The notes under the pieces were generated by a model that saw nothing but the letters and a program-made list of their open reading frames with translations, searched no databases and was not told the origin of the DNA. The position numbers and the translations under genes are program-made. Below are positions 46,312-58,782 of a stretch of 64,000 nucleotides of DNA, one piece after another. Source of the stretch: Entomortierella parvispora E1425 (lineage: Eukaryota; Fungi; Mortierellomycota); contig BQFW01000004.1 in assembly GCA_020891255.1 (NCBI GenBank), positions 1,798,001-1,862,000 on the forward strand, in the 5' to 3' direction. The number at the start of each line of letters is the position of its first letter. Within the stretch, counting starts at the first letter, position 1.

Positions 46312-47804
46312 ATGTCAAGTCCCTCCAGCTCTTCGCCCGGTGGGTCGCACACCGCAAACTCCGCAGAGAGGTCACACACCACCCCATCCCCAGCCGTGGG
46401 CCCTGGGCTCTCGGCCCCAGGGGTCTTGCAACCAGCAGCCCCAAAGTTCAAGCTCTCTCTCCCAAGTGCCTCCCAGCCTGATATCAGTAAGATCTGTACC
46501 CGCACTTTGGTCCAGGCTTCATAGAACGATACTAATTCCTAGCACCTTGCCTGTTTTTTCGTAGTTCGAGCCAACCAGAAGGATAGTTACTACCAGCAAA
46601 TTCTCAAAGATCAGGTCAAGGATGCAGTGCGAGAGATATTTGGTAAAGATCCATGTTTGGAAGAAACCAATTGACCCCCAAAAATCTATATTCTAACCAC
46701 CAGCAACTATTTGTAGGCAGCCGCAGGCAACACATGTACCAGACAGAAGTCGATGTCTTTTCGGATCTTTGCTACTATTCGTTGACAACACTTCTCGGGA
46801 CCCAAACGTTGGGCGAGGAATACTGTGATATCATGCAGATCAAGAGCTCGTCCAGCACTTTTCCTTCCCTTCCTGTAAGATCCTTGGCTCCTCGTTCTTG
46901 TCTAGTAGACTCTGGATACTAACTTACCCTTGGCTTCACCCGGCATTAGCGACGATCTGCTCTCGTCTTCTGGCATGTGCTAATTCCGTACATTTATTCC
47001 AAGGGATCACAGGAACTTAGACGGAGGACAAAACCCCAGCCAGCTCAACGTCCACATCACCATGCCGGCCACCGCCTGGACGCCACACTTTCAGAAGAAC
47101 AACCTCCAAGGGAACCTTCGCCTGCATTGATCAAGGCAAAGGCCTTTATTCACAATTGGCTTCCAACGCTCCAAAATTTCTTCAAATCCCATGGTCATTC
47201 GGCCCACTTGGCGGTCTTTTACTTCTTTGGCGCGTACTACAGCTTCTCAAAGCGTGTGACAGGAATCCGGTATATCTTCAACAGGAAGCTGTCGCCTGGT
47301 GAGGAGAGATCTGGATATGAAGTATTGGGAGTCTTGATTGTCATCCAATTAGCCATTCAATTTTATCAATGGAGACGACAGCTCGCGGTAGACGCGCAAG
47401 AAAAGGCTTCCGCAGCAGCTCTCCAAGCAGGCAAAACTCTGGCAGGAGAGGCAGTTGCTGTCGAAGAGGAGAGCGAGGAGGAAGAGGAGGAAGAGGATTT
47501 TACGCAGACGGCGGCCGAAATCAATATTAGAAAGTGCACGCTCTGCTTGGACCCAAGGACAAACACGACCGCTACACCCTGTGGACATTTGTTTTGCTGG
47601 ACCTGCATTCGTGAGTGGTGCCAAAACAAGGTAAACATCCATAACCATTGACGTCCTCGCTGCTGACCGATATCTACCACATCTTTTTACTGACCATACC
47701 TCGATTTTTCTCTCCACGATTTTTCTCTCTAGCCTGAGTGCCCTCTCTGCAGGCAGCATGTGCAGATCTCGGCTCTTCTTCCTATCTATACCAAGCTTTA
47801 TTAA
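46312..47804 (+). CDS. PEX10: Peroxin Pex10 (Pex2/12 N-domain plus C3HC4 RING), multi-exon
   Basis: ASQPDI|IRANQKD, GTQTLGEEYCDI and the RING CTLCLDPRTNTTATPCGHLFCWTCIREWCQNK|PECPLCR. Confidence 0.95.
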
Positions 47805-47928
47805 TTAAACAAAAAAAAAATCGCGTAGGGATCACGTGCCACTTTTGCTTTTTTTTTTTGTCACGTCCCCCCTCACATTGCTCTTTTTCATGCACTCCCA
47901 TCAAACAACAGGAACAGGAACACCGACC

Positions 47929-50900
47929 ATGGAGAATGCGGATCAGATTGCACAGGCCGTGGAGGCTGTCGTAAGACTGCTCCTTCAACAGGAATCGGCT
48001 TCTGGAGAGAAAATGGACCTAGACCTGGATTCGGGCACTTCTGATGAACAAGCTGCTCAGGAAGCACGGATAAAGTCTGCTAGAGAATATTGTCTCCGGA
48101 TTCTTGGCAGGTACGACCCGTGGACATAGCTGGACTTTATCGTACCCTGTACCTGATGTCTTGTGAAAGGATATATTCGCTCACTGTTTTTACTCTGTTG
48201 CATGGATATAGTCGAATGGCTCCAGCAGTTGTTGCAGATGATATTCATATCTCAGACCTCATCAAGAAGAAGCGTGAGTCCATAGAGCGGCGGAACCATA
48301 TAGAACGGCTGGACAAAAGAATCGTTGACACTTAAATTCTGGATTTGCCTCATTTTAGTCATGCGAGTCGACAGCACTTCAACCAAAGCGGTTCGCTTTT
48401 CACATCTTTATACCAAACTGTCGGCGTGTGTACGTGAGAGAATAGTGGTATATTGTAAGGTCAACACAAACAATTACTTAGGATTAACATGAATTTGTTT
48501 TTCACCGCCCCCAAATAGACCGTTTTGAACAAGAAATGGTCCGTCTTGTACTTCCTTTTGGCCTTGAGCGACCAAACCTCTGCGGATTCATTGGATCACA
48601 GGACAAATAACCAGCCACTATCATTTTTGGGCCTGCAAACTCTGGATACTAAACGCACAAGGGAACGGACAAGGACAGAACAATCAGATACCACTATGGC
48701 GGCGCATTCACGACATGGTTCACTCCACATTCCCCCCCAGTCCTCCAGGGCGGCACCTTACACCAACCTTCTCAACGAACAAGCGAGAAATCCTCAACAA
48801 CAAGAAGTTGCAGAGGCTGTGCTTCTGAGAGACCTGATTTTCATTTTCCAGGGGATTAATGGAAAGAGTATCAAATTTGGCACAGAGTCAGGATCCTGTG
48901 TAATCGATTCTTCTGTAAGCAAACCCATCCATGTGTCTAAACGATGGGGTTCGCATGCTACATAGAGGACTAATTGCTCCATTCTTCTTTTTGTCCTAAT
49001 AGCTTAATGTCTCGAAATCTACTCGAAGTCTGGTCAATCGCCTGACTGAATTGGGCTGGCTGTACAAGAAGATCAGTCAATACGTAGACTCCACGCTAAA
49101 GGAAGGAAACGCTGGACTTGTTGGTCAAAGTTTTTGTTCTGCACTGCACCATGAGCTTGTAGAGTACTTTCGGCTAATCGCAGTACTGGAGGCACATATT
49201 GCAAAGGACGCAGACACGGATGGCTCATCTGGACTATCACTGAAGAGGCTGTTAGTTTGGACTCAAGATTCATTGCAACGTCTTCGCCTCATGTCGGTTC
49301 TGGTTGAATGCTGTCGAGGTAAACACTAGGGACCTTACGCAGCCTTAAGATCCGCTGTCCCTCTATTTTTTCACTGATATAACGCTTTTTTACTCTCGGG
49401 AACATAGACCTCCAGGGAGGAGCACTAGTTTCAATGGTTCACGACTATACACAGCACGGAGATCCTTTAATTCAACAGTTTATCAGTCATATGCTGGAGC
49501 GAGTTTCGGCTCCATTTTACGTCATGCTGCAACAATGGATTTATAAAGGCGAACTTGAGGATCCTCGGACGGAATTCTTTATCGCCGTTGACCCAGAAGT
49601 TGAGGAAGAGGACATGTGGCAACGAAAGTACTTTATTCGAGAGGAAATGTTGCCAGCATTTATAGGAAAGCCCCTTGCCAAAAAGGTAACTCCACTTGGG
49701 CTGATGATGCCTGGCTGTTGTCAAGTAGGATACCCGTTAGCGAATCTCTTCTCTAACCTTTGATTTATAGATCCTCTCAATAGGAAAGTCGATCAATTTT
49801 TTGAGACACAAATGCGACGACTCGGAATGGTTCCTTGAGAACCACGGTGTAGGAAAGAGTAAGAAAACCATCGACCTCTTCAGGCAGTTACCGTTTTTAC
49901 TAGGATAACAGGCTAATCCTTTGACACTCGTTTATTTAGCATTGAAATATGGCGACATCGCGGAACTTGAGGGCTCGATTGATGCTGCATACGTTGGTAC
50001 CAGTCAACGACTGCTATTCATGTTGAAGACAAAGTTCAAACTGATGGATCATCTTACAGCTATCAAAAGATACATCTTACTGGGTCAAGGCGACTTTATT
50101 CAACATTTGATGGAATCTCTTGGGTACGGCTTCATCTCATGAATGTACGTGTAGCTCAAAATTCATGGAGAACAGCCTCTAACGCTCATCGTAAACCATG
50201 TAGGACCAATCTGTCGCAACCAGCCAACATTCTCTTCCGGCACAATCTTACTGGAACCCTGGAAACTGCTATCAGAAGCTCAAACGCACAATACGACGAT
50301 CCAGACATTCTGCGACGACTGGATGTCCGTTTACTAGAGATTTCACCTGGCGACAGTGGCTGGGACGTGTTCAGTCTGGATTATCATGTGGACTCGCCCA
50401 TTAACACGATTTTCACACCCGTGGCGATGCACCAATATCTGAAGATGTTTAACTTCCTTTGGCGACTGAAGAGAGTGGAATACGCCCTCTCTTCGGCCTG
50501 GAGACGGCAGACAACCAGTGCTCGTGCTATCCGACCCATTCTAGGTACGAGACGACGCATGTGTTTTGTGAAGGCTATCACGCGTCAATGTAAAGTACTA
50601 ATACATTTTTCTGCGTCGTCACCAATTCACTCACTCCCTTTAGAACTCGTACCAGAGCTACATCAATGCAGGATTGTATGCGGCGAGATGATTCACTTTG
50701 TATACCAACTTCAATACTACATTCTTTTCGAGGTCCTTGAGTGCTCGTGGGACGAACTCCTGAAGTCGATTGAGAGCAAAACAACGGATCTAGACTCGCT
50801 CATTGAGGCGCACTCCAAATATTTAGGGGATGTCACCTCCAAGGGTTTACTGGCTGTGTCACACGATGTCAACATGATGCCACGGTTACTGGAGTTGCTG

Positions 50901-51290
50901 GCGACGATATTGGACTACAAGGTGGCTCAGGATAATTTGTATAACTACGCAATGGCTGAGATTGAGAGACGAGAAAGGTTGGCACAAACAGCCGATCGCA
51001 GGACGCGTCATGGCCAATGGGGTCTTACGGACCAAGACGAGACGTTGGACAGGATTCCGGACGAGCAATTTGAGGAATTAGTGCCAGGTCTCTTGAGAAC
51101 ATTGAATGAGTATTCAATGCAATTCAAGCGCGAGCTCTCGGACCTCCTGATCACGCTGTCGGCCGATGGGGACTCGGACCTACGTTTCTTAAGCTTCCGA
51201 TTGGACTTTAACGAGTTTTATTTGGGATCACTGAAGGGAGCGACGGCCCCTAATCCTCAGACAAGGACTCCTACATCTTCGCGGTCATGA
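47929..51290 (+). CDS. SPC98: Gamma-tubulin complex component 3 (Spc98/GCP3), multi-exon
   Basis: YCLRILG|SRMAP, NKKWSVLYFLL, LLRDLIFIFQGING, ELGWLYKKI, GLVGQSFCSAL, IKRYILLGQGDFIQHLM, FRHNLTGTLETAIRSSNAQYD and GWDVFSLDY. Confidence 0.95.
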
Positions 51291-53786
51291 TGAAGTGTTA
51301 GTGATGCCAAATAAATTGCTGTGGCACATATAATCCCTTCCGCATGGTGCATTTGTTATCAGATATGGTGGGTACGCTTTGGGCATTGTGCATTTGCTGT
51401 TCTGCTGTTCCTGAGAAGAGGGGATCAAACACTGGTCACTACCCCTGCATCGCAGCGTGGCCATGGCGGTGAGGGGACATTTCGTCACTATTTTTTCTTC
51501 TTTTTTGTGTCATGACAAAACCTCAACTCAGACCGGTGCAGCACAGAGAGAGTCAGGCGCATCGTGAGTCAAATTTCAGGACGATGTGAATGGAGGCAGG
51601 GGCGGGCAAGGAGAAAAAGCTACCTGCTGCTTACCGAGGCATCAATTTGATTTGTTTTTGTTTCCGGTTCTACTTACCAACTCAAGATGACGAAAGGGGC
51701 GGGGGCACTGCACCTATTGAACCTTCCACAAGCGAGCAACGAAAAAACATAACATAATTTATATCATAGGGGCTGGGAGGAGAAGAGGAATGCCTTTCCC
51801 AGAACTGAGGTGACTGGGTCGCATTGATCTTGCTTGGTATGCGTCGACTGTTTTGAAATTCAAAAGTTGTTTATTTCTTTTTATTGGTTGGTTCCTGACC
51901 CGTGGTTGAATGCACATGCCAGGGACGAACGGACGAGAGCGAGTTGGATGGTCAAGATTTCGAGCACACTTCAAAGTCGCGGCCCAGGCGGGAGCAGCAA
52001 CGAAACAAACCCCTGCTGGACAATTGCATTGTTGAGACTTCTTTCTTGCTCTAGGGAAGAATGAGTGTTTGGATTGAGAAGAATCCTCACGAGTCCTCGC
52101 CTGCTCTGAGTGGATAATGAGCCTGTTGTTGTGCTGGTTGGTCTTTATTCACCTTCGCCCACTTTGTCCCTGCCTCCACTTATCTCTCGAGCGTTTTTTG
52201 AGAGCGCAAGGCAAAGTGACCGATGGTTTGGTATGACAGAGAAAGGAAAAAATGGGCATATGGGACAGAGCTCTAGCGTGAATTCTTTGTGGTCTTTGGG
52301 CGCTTTGGGCCCTTGGGCGGGTGGTCAATTCTCTCTTGTGGAATTTCCTGATGGGGACGAGGGAGAAACGAGCCATGCGTTTCTGGAAGAAGGTTGGAAC
52401 TTGGAGAAAAACGTTGACGAGAGACAGCTGCAATGTCTGTACCGGGAACCATACCTTTGCAAATCTAACTCTACGCACATGCTTCCGCCTTTCGCGTCAT
52501 TTTAAATGTCAACTCTGTTCTACAAGTCGGAAGAGTGAAATGGAGAATCTCCGAGTGGATAACTCGTGCACAACAGAACAGTTTCACTCTACGAGAATGA
52601 GTGTCTTGGACCCCCTCTCCTATCCCGAAATAAACAATTGCTTGACGACGAACGGGTGTTGAACGTTTTTTTATTGTGGTTGTGGTTGTGTCTGCCTGCA
52701 TGCAAATAAATTGCTTTCCCGCCTTGCCCTGCCCAACTCCTCTTTTCGGAAGCATCTATGCGACTCCAACATGGGCCACAGTAAGATCTATCGAATAGGG
52801 GTTTAGCCGCCGGATGGATGTAATTTAGGCTAGTTGGATTCCCAAGGGAAGGCTGAAATGATGAGGAAAACAAATGGTGGAGAATAAGGAAGCGCCGAGT
52901 CGGATGTGGAGAATAGTAAAAGCAGCTCATGAGGCTCTTGATAGATTTATTATCTATGCGGGTAATGGTACACGAGCATGCACGGCATCTGGGGCAGGTG
53001 CATGATCGAATGCACAGAAACCGCCGGAAGATATTTGTCTCGAGTAATAGGCGCGGCTGAACCTCAAGAGGGCGGCGCATGGCAATGGAGTGGAAGTAAG
53101 ACGAAAAAAAAAAAAGATTTCCAGTGGCGCCGAGCAGCCAAATGAAATGAAATATGATGCTTCTTTTTCGAACCCTTCTTTTTATTTCTTGATGGATCCT
53201 ATAACAGAACCAATAATGGCTGCGGAGAGGAATGGTTGAATGGCAGAAGGAAAAGGGTAGGAGAGCAAACGATAGAGGAATGAGAACAGATGAGCAACAC
53301 ACCCCTCCAAACATCTACTTCCATCTCAAAAGAGAGAGGGAAGGAGACGCGTGTTGATTGCTTGAATCAAATTTTGTTGTTCTCTATCCGGGCGCTTTCC
53401 ACGATGTTTTCACCGGGGGAGGGCTGGAGGTAATCAATTCAATACCAAGGAAAAACAAAATGAGCGGAGTGCTCTCAAGGGAAAAAAAAGTGGCACGCAA
53501 CCACCACACTAAAGGCGTCGAGCCATCATAGCCAATCTCGTTCAATCGCAGTCGGAGGCACGCACTCAGCAACCCAGACAACCCCTCCCTGAAGTGGGCA
53601 GATTGCGCCTGTGTGTGGCAACCATCAAATGCCAAAGGGAACAGTACACCCAAAAAAAAAATTGGACAGGGGCCATCGCCACACACTCCCAACCGTCGAA
53701 TTGCGATCGCTTCTTTGGCCTGTGGCCCCCAATTTAATAATATTCATGTGCAGTTCCAGGGACCCAACACCTTCAAATGCCGAGGG

Positions 53787-53793
53787 TATAAAA
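53787..53793 (+). promoter_or_regulatory. TATA box candidate for the first AA11-like gene
   Basis: TATAAAA about 270 bp upstream of the ATG, followed by a pyrimidine-rich leader. Confidence 0.35.
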
Positions 53794-54064
53794 CGTTTGA
53801 TACACACGCCCTGTTCTTTGCATCTTGTCTCCTGTCTCTTCAGCCTCCGCACCCCTTCCCTTCTTCCTCCTAACCATCCTTCCTTGGCAGCACGCCAAAC
53901 AACATCCTTCCTTCCTACCTCTCTCTCTTTCTCTCTCTTTTGCCTCAACCGCAGCACTCCTCTGCACTTCCTCTGCACGTCCTCTTCATCTCTTTCGTCC
54001 ACACTCACCACAACTCACCGTTCACCGTTCACCCTTCTACCACCCCCCACAAAAAAGAATCACA

Positions 54065-54814
54065 ATGAAGACCTCCGCTCTCGTCAGCAGCGTGTTCATC
54101 GCCGCCAGCACTCTCCTCTCGGTCCTCTCCACGACCTCGGCCCACATGGCCATCTCGAACCCCCCCGCCCAGGCTGGTCCTTGGACAAAAGATCTCAAAA
54201 GCGACGTCCATGCCTGGATTGGTTACGAGGGCAAGAAGTTCCCTTGTGGTGGATACAAGAAGGGACCCGTCACGACCTACAGAGCCGGTCAAATCATCCC
54301 TGTCCGCTTCTGGACCTTTGGTGTCGACTACAAGAAGTTCCCACCCAAGGCCGGCCTCAAGCCTTCGCGTCATGGCGGTGGAGCCTGCGAGTTTTCGCTT
54401 TCCTATGATGGTGGAAAGTCGTGGAAGGTCATTGGTCAGTACACAAAGACCTGCCCCGATATCTACTATGAATGGCCTGTTTTGATCCCCAAGAACGCGC
54501 CCTCTTGCAAAGACTCGAACAAGTGCCTGTTTGCGTTCTCGTGGACCGCCTATGCCACCAACCAGTTCTACCATCACTGCGCCAACGTGATCATCAATGG
54601 TGTCAAGGGTGGCAAGTTGCCTACCTTGGAAATGACCGTTGTCGATGTCAAGCAGTTGAAACAGAAGCAGAACACCCATGCCAAGGGTGATGCCAGGGGA
54701 GGCAGGTCCTCTGGTCCCGACCGTCGCGAGAAGCAAATGAGCACCAACGGCTACTACGCCGCTGGAGGCGGTGCCGGAAACCACGGTATCGACCTTGGTC
54801 TCGTCCGCAGATAA
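54065..54814 (+). CDS. Secreted histidine-brace protein, AA11-like lytic polysaccharide monooxygenase (intronless, 249 aa)
   Basis: Signal peptide ends TTSA|HMAISNPP, placing His at residue 1. Also FPCGGY, RHGGGACEFSLSYD, WKVI...CP, IP, FSW and QFYHHCAN, matching the AA11 layout HM..P / FPC / HGGGSCQ / EMYMNCA. Confidence 0.8.
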   Translation: MKTSALVSSVFIAASTLLSVLSTTSAHMAISNPPAQAGPWTKDLKSDVHAWIGYEGKKFPCGGYKKGPVTTYRAGQIIPVRFWTFGVDYKKFPPKAGLKPSRHGGGACEFSLSYDGGKSWKVIGQYTKTCPDIYYEWPVLIPKNAPSCKDSNKCLFAFSWTAYATNQFYHHCANVIINGVKGGKLPTLEMTVVDVKQLKQKQNTHAKGDARGGRSSGPDRREKQMSTNGYYAAGGGAGNHGIDLGLVRR

Positions 54815-55353
54815 AGAAGTCCTTTTTGCCTTTCTCGTCTGCTCTCCTTGAGTCCCTGAGTCCTGACCCTGACACCTCGCTTTTCTGTATTTTTTTTTCT
54901 TGAGATTCCCTTGTTGTCATGTATTTTTTTGCTGTAGAACCTTGCACATCCACCCTCCATATAGAAAAAGAAAAAAACTCACGAAAAAAGTTGTGAAATA
55001 TACCTTTGTCGTCACTTTCTCTGCTGGATAGAGAAGGGGATTTTTGTTGTCTCTCAACTGTAGCTCGTTTTTTTTTTTTTATTGTGTCCATAGTCGTTCA
55101 GTGTTCTTCAGCAGAGAGTTGAGCTTCTTTCTAACCTTCAATTAAAAATCCTTGATACCTCTCATCCTCTGCGCCATCATCAACAAAAATCCTTGACGTC
55201 CAGTATTCATTTTTTGTATTTTTGTTTTTGTGGTAGTTGCTTCGGGAAGATTCAGCGTGTATGTTGCGATTTTTCATTTTCTCTCCTCTCATTTGTCTTC
55301 ATCCTCATCAATGGGCGTCGCTATCTGCTAGTCCTTGTAGCCATCATTGTTCC

Positions 55354-55395
55354 TGTTGTTGTTGCTGTTGCTGTTGCTGTTGTTGTTGTTGTTGT
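55354..55395. repeat. (GTT/GCT)n trinucleotide tract (CAG/CAA-type on the minus strand)
   Basis: Directly visible; not part of a supported ORF. Confidence 0.85.
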
Positions 55396-55787
55396 GCTGA
55401 GATCACAGAAAAAGCAAGGCATCGAACCATAGCTGCACTTGGCCGAAGCCTATGATGGCAGACAGAATTGGGTCTCCAGGCTGCGTGATGACCGTCTGTC
55501 GTCTTTTCTGAAATTTTCTCTCCGACAATTTGCGCAAGAAAAATTTTGTTCTGGTACATGCAATTTATGCGAAAAAAAATAGAAAGCTATTTTCAAGATA
55601 TCTCGCCATCCCCAAGAGCAATCTTCGATCTGAAGAGCTTTCTGAGATCTACAGAGCGGGATCTACTTGAATACGGGTCCCAAAATGGCGAAAAGAGCCC
55701 GTAGACTGTTTGTCAGAAAGTGGCGAACAGTCATGGGTATATAGACACACAGAAACATCATCATTCAACAAACAGCTTCAAAGCCTA

Positions 55788-55860
55788 GCCCGGTTAGCTC
55801 AATCGGTAGAGCGTCAGACTCTTAATCTGAAGGTTGTGGGTTCGACCCCCACATTGGGCG
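55788..55860 (+). tRNA. trnK-CTT: tRNA-Lys (anticodon CTT), intronless
   Basis: GCCCGGT/ATTGGGC acceptor stem, D arm TAGCTCAATCGGTAGAGC, anticodon stem TCAGA-CTCTTAA-TCTGA and T loop GGTTCGA, followed by T-runs. Confidence 0.98.
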
Positions 55861-56338
55861 CTTATCTTTTGCTTTTGCCTCTCCGGGGTTGGCCCCAGGT
55901 TCCCAGCTTTTTACTCCCTAGGACTCGAGAGCCGCTACGATCCCAACTGCTACAAGACCGTAGTATTTTTTTGATCTGTGCGGATATGATAGTTTGTGTA
56001 ACCACTTTTTCGCTACGTTGGCAGCCCAAAGCAGCGTTCAATTGTGTGTTCTTGCTCAGCCCCCATCTCGAAATGGATATTTTTTCTTGTTTGCACCTTC
56101 GACTCTCGGGTGGAAGCTGCAATGGATTCTGGATGCTTCTGCCGTTGATGAAAAGAGAAAAAAGAGAACAAGCATCTTCAGTAAAGTTGAATAATTTCCT
56201 TTCTTGTAGAAACAGTCAATGAATAGGAACGCTTTCCTCTGTGCCCCTCTCTTTCTCTTCCTATATCTCTTTCCTTTTCTTTCTTTTTTCTTTGGCAAAC
56301 CGGCGACATCCTACATCCTACATTCAAGCATTTCAACC

Positions 56339-57863
56339 ATGCTTCGAGCAACAACCTTCAACTTTCCTCGTGTGATGGCCCCACTAAAGCCAGTGTCGAT
56401 GGCAAGTCCCGAAGATGAAACTCTTGCCCAAAACTCAAAGACACTCACAGTCTAACAGTAACCCTTATTTTATTTCATTTTATTTCACCTCTATAGTCCA
56501 CTGCTGCTCCTTCGCGCTTGCTCCTTGCGCGAACATACGCGACCCGAGGCAAAGACCAGACCTGGGCTGGGAATACGGGTGCTCGAAAGTCGTTGCCTAT
56601 GAACACTGTAATCAGCTTCTTGCTTCCTTGCACAAAGCCAAAGCGGCTCTCCACTCCACTCTGCCTTCGACAACTCTGACTCTTTAAATCTTCCTCTCCT
56701 CTGTATTTTTAAAAAGATCATCAAATTCGTCCCACAACAAGAGTCATGGATAGTCGAGCGCATGGGTCGATTCCATCGCGCTTTGGAGCCTGGGATGCAA
56801 GTTCTTGTGCCCATCCTTGACAAAGTCAAGTATGTTAAAAGCCTGAAAGAAGTTGCCATCGAGATTCCAAGCCAAAGTGCCATCACGCAAGGTAGTACTC
56901 TCGAAAGTAGTAGGACAAGTCAAGGCAAAGAAAAAAAAAATCAATTGACAGGGGTTTGGTCTCGTCTTTTTTTCACGTAGACAATGTCACCTTGGATTTG
57001 GATGGAGTCCTCTACTTTCGGGTTGTGGATCCCTATAAAGCCTGCTATGGTGTCGAGGATGCCGAGTTCTCGGTGGCCCAGCTGGCACAGACAACCATGC
57101 GTGCAGAGATTGGTCAGATGACGTTAGATCGAACCTTGGCTGAGCGAGCCCATCTGAATGCCAACATTGTCGAGGCGATCAACACTGCAGCAGCCGACTG
57201 GGGAATCCAGTGTCTTCGTTATGAGATTCGAGATATTCATCCCCCTCCAAGGTGGTTGAGAGCATGCATCAACAGGTTTCGGCCGAACGAACCAAGCGTG
57301 CTCAGATCCTGGACTCTGAAGGTAGACTAATATCACATTAGTAGCGGTGGAGCTAGTCGGTCCGTTTATTGATAGCCCCAACCGCACTTTTCCCTTCAAA
57401 AGGCTCGCGCCAGGCGGCCATCAATGTAGCAGAGGGTCTGAAGCAATCCACGATCCTGCAGTCAGAGGCTGACAGAGCAGAGCAGATCAACAGAGCTTCT
57501 GGCGAGGCCGAGGCCATTCTCTTACGCGCCCAGGCCAGTGCGGAAGGGATTCGTCGAATTGCTGATGCCATTTCCAATAATCCAGGCGGACATCATGCCG
57601 TGTCTCTTACAGTCGCAGACAAGTACGTAGACGCTTTTGCGCAGCTTGCCAAGGAGACAAATACCCTGATACTGCCCGCTACTGCAAATGATGCCGCTGG
57701 AATGGTGGCCCAGGTAAAGGCAAAAAAAAGCCAAAACTTTCGTCTTTCTTTGTCGAGTTCATGAGTCGAATTCATTGCTGAAATCCCTCCACTCCATGCT
57801 CTTTAGGCTTTGACCATTTATGATAATATCACCAGGAAGCGAGATATTACTCCTCCTGTCTAA
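56339..57863 (+). CDS. STOML2: Stomatin-like protein 2 (SPFH/band-7, mitochondrial), multi-exon, with an apparent -1 frameshift near 57247
   Basis: LPMNT|IIKFVPQQESWIVERMGRF, AIEIPSQSAITQ|DNVTLDLDGVLY, LAQTTMRAEIG and WGIQCLRYEIRDIHPP. The expected KVVESMHQQVSAERTKRAQILDSEG lies in a shifted frame. Confidence 0.9.
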
Positions 57864-58075
57864 GCACAGTCCTTTGAAGACCATGAGGAGGCTTCCGTTT
57901 TGAAATCTTCCTACGATCCAATAGTCCTAGCGGATAAATTTCCATTTGATAAAAAAAATCCTGATGCCTAGCGCCGAGAACTACTAGCATTGCTGTCGTT
58001 GTGTGTATGGTCAAATCGAACATCTTCGTTTTATTGCCACAAACATACCGAAGTGCAATATTTTCGGATGGCTTT

Positions 58076-58782
58076 TTAAGAAAACCAACGATGGCCGCAT
58101 GCTCTGTTGCAGCAAATATAATACAACGTCATCTTCATTTCCGCACTGGATCCTTGTGCTTGGAAGAAGACGGCCTCCTCGTGTCCACAAACTGCGCAAC
58201 GCATCCTGGTTCTTGGCTATTTGAGGAGAGGATGGTGTTAAAATGAGATTGATAATTCTTGGTCCTGCTTTTTCCTCTATCGTTGTCTTTGCGTTAATCA
58301 ATTTGCTGACAAGTAGCTCATACCAAAGTGGGGTCTGTGCTGAGGTCCTGAACAAGAAGCGTTTGTTCACTGCAGATCAAAAAGAGACAAAGAAGAGAAA
58401 AAAGAGGTGTCAGCACAACCGAGAGAGTTTTGCTTGACCAAAGGATCTTCAAGCCAATGATCCGCAATATCGAAATTTCTGCATAGTCCACATTACGCTG
58501 GTGCATGGACAATCTCGTTCCTGTATACGCATTGGTTGTCTGCCTTTTCCTGGTAATCACAATTCCTGCAGGCAAACATGAGATCTCTCTTTGTTACATC
58601 GGGGTTCGACCTGTCCTCTCGTGGGTACAACAAGTTGTTGCTAATGAAACGACAAGTAGAGAACGATGCAGAAGCGTGTTAGATCTTGTAATGCCCGCCA
58701 GATGTCTTGTCGACAATCCCGAGTCCAGAAAAGTCCTTGTCCTTCGTCAGTACCATTCGGAGCAGTAGAGAAAAGAAGGCAT
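58076..58782 (-). CDS. RPB9: RNA polymerase II subunit Rpb9 (4 exons: 58782-58754, 58640-58497, 58369-58324, 58216-58076; 119 aa)
   Basis: Spliced product [20 protein letters not shown]...[24 protein letters not shown]...[27 protein letters not shown]...[16 protein letters not shown], with two zinc ribbons. It is not represented in the ORF track. Confidence 0.95.

Noticed and set aside
45289-46524. 411-aa ORF spanning the TIM23 antisense strand and the TIM23/PEX10 promoter
   Set aside because: Low-complexity translation of promoter purine tracts plus antisense sequence. Only its last ~60 codons are real (PEX10 exon 1).
53706-53725. ATCGCTTCTTTGGCCTGTGG resembles the 5' end of U2 snRNA
   Set aside because: No branch-point recognition sequence (GTGTAGTA) or Sm site follows.
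55325-55559. ORFs with poly-Q, poly-C or poly-V runs
   Set aside because: Translations of a trinucleotide microsatellite in intergenic DNA; no splice or codon support.
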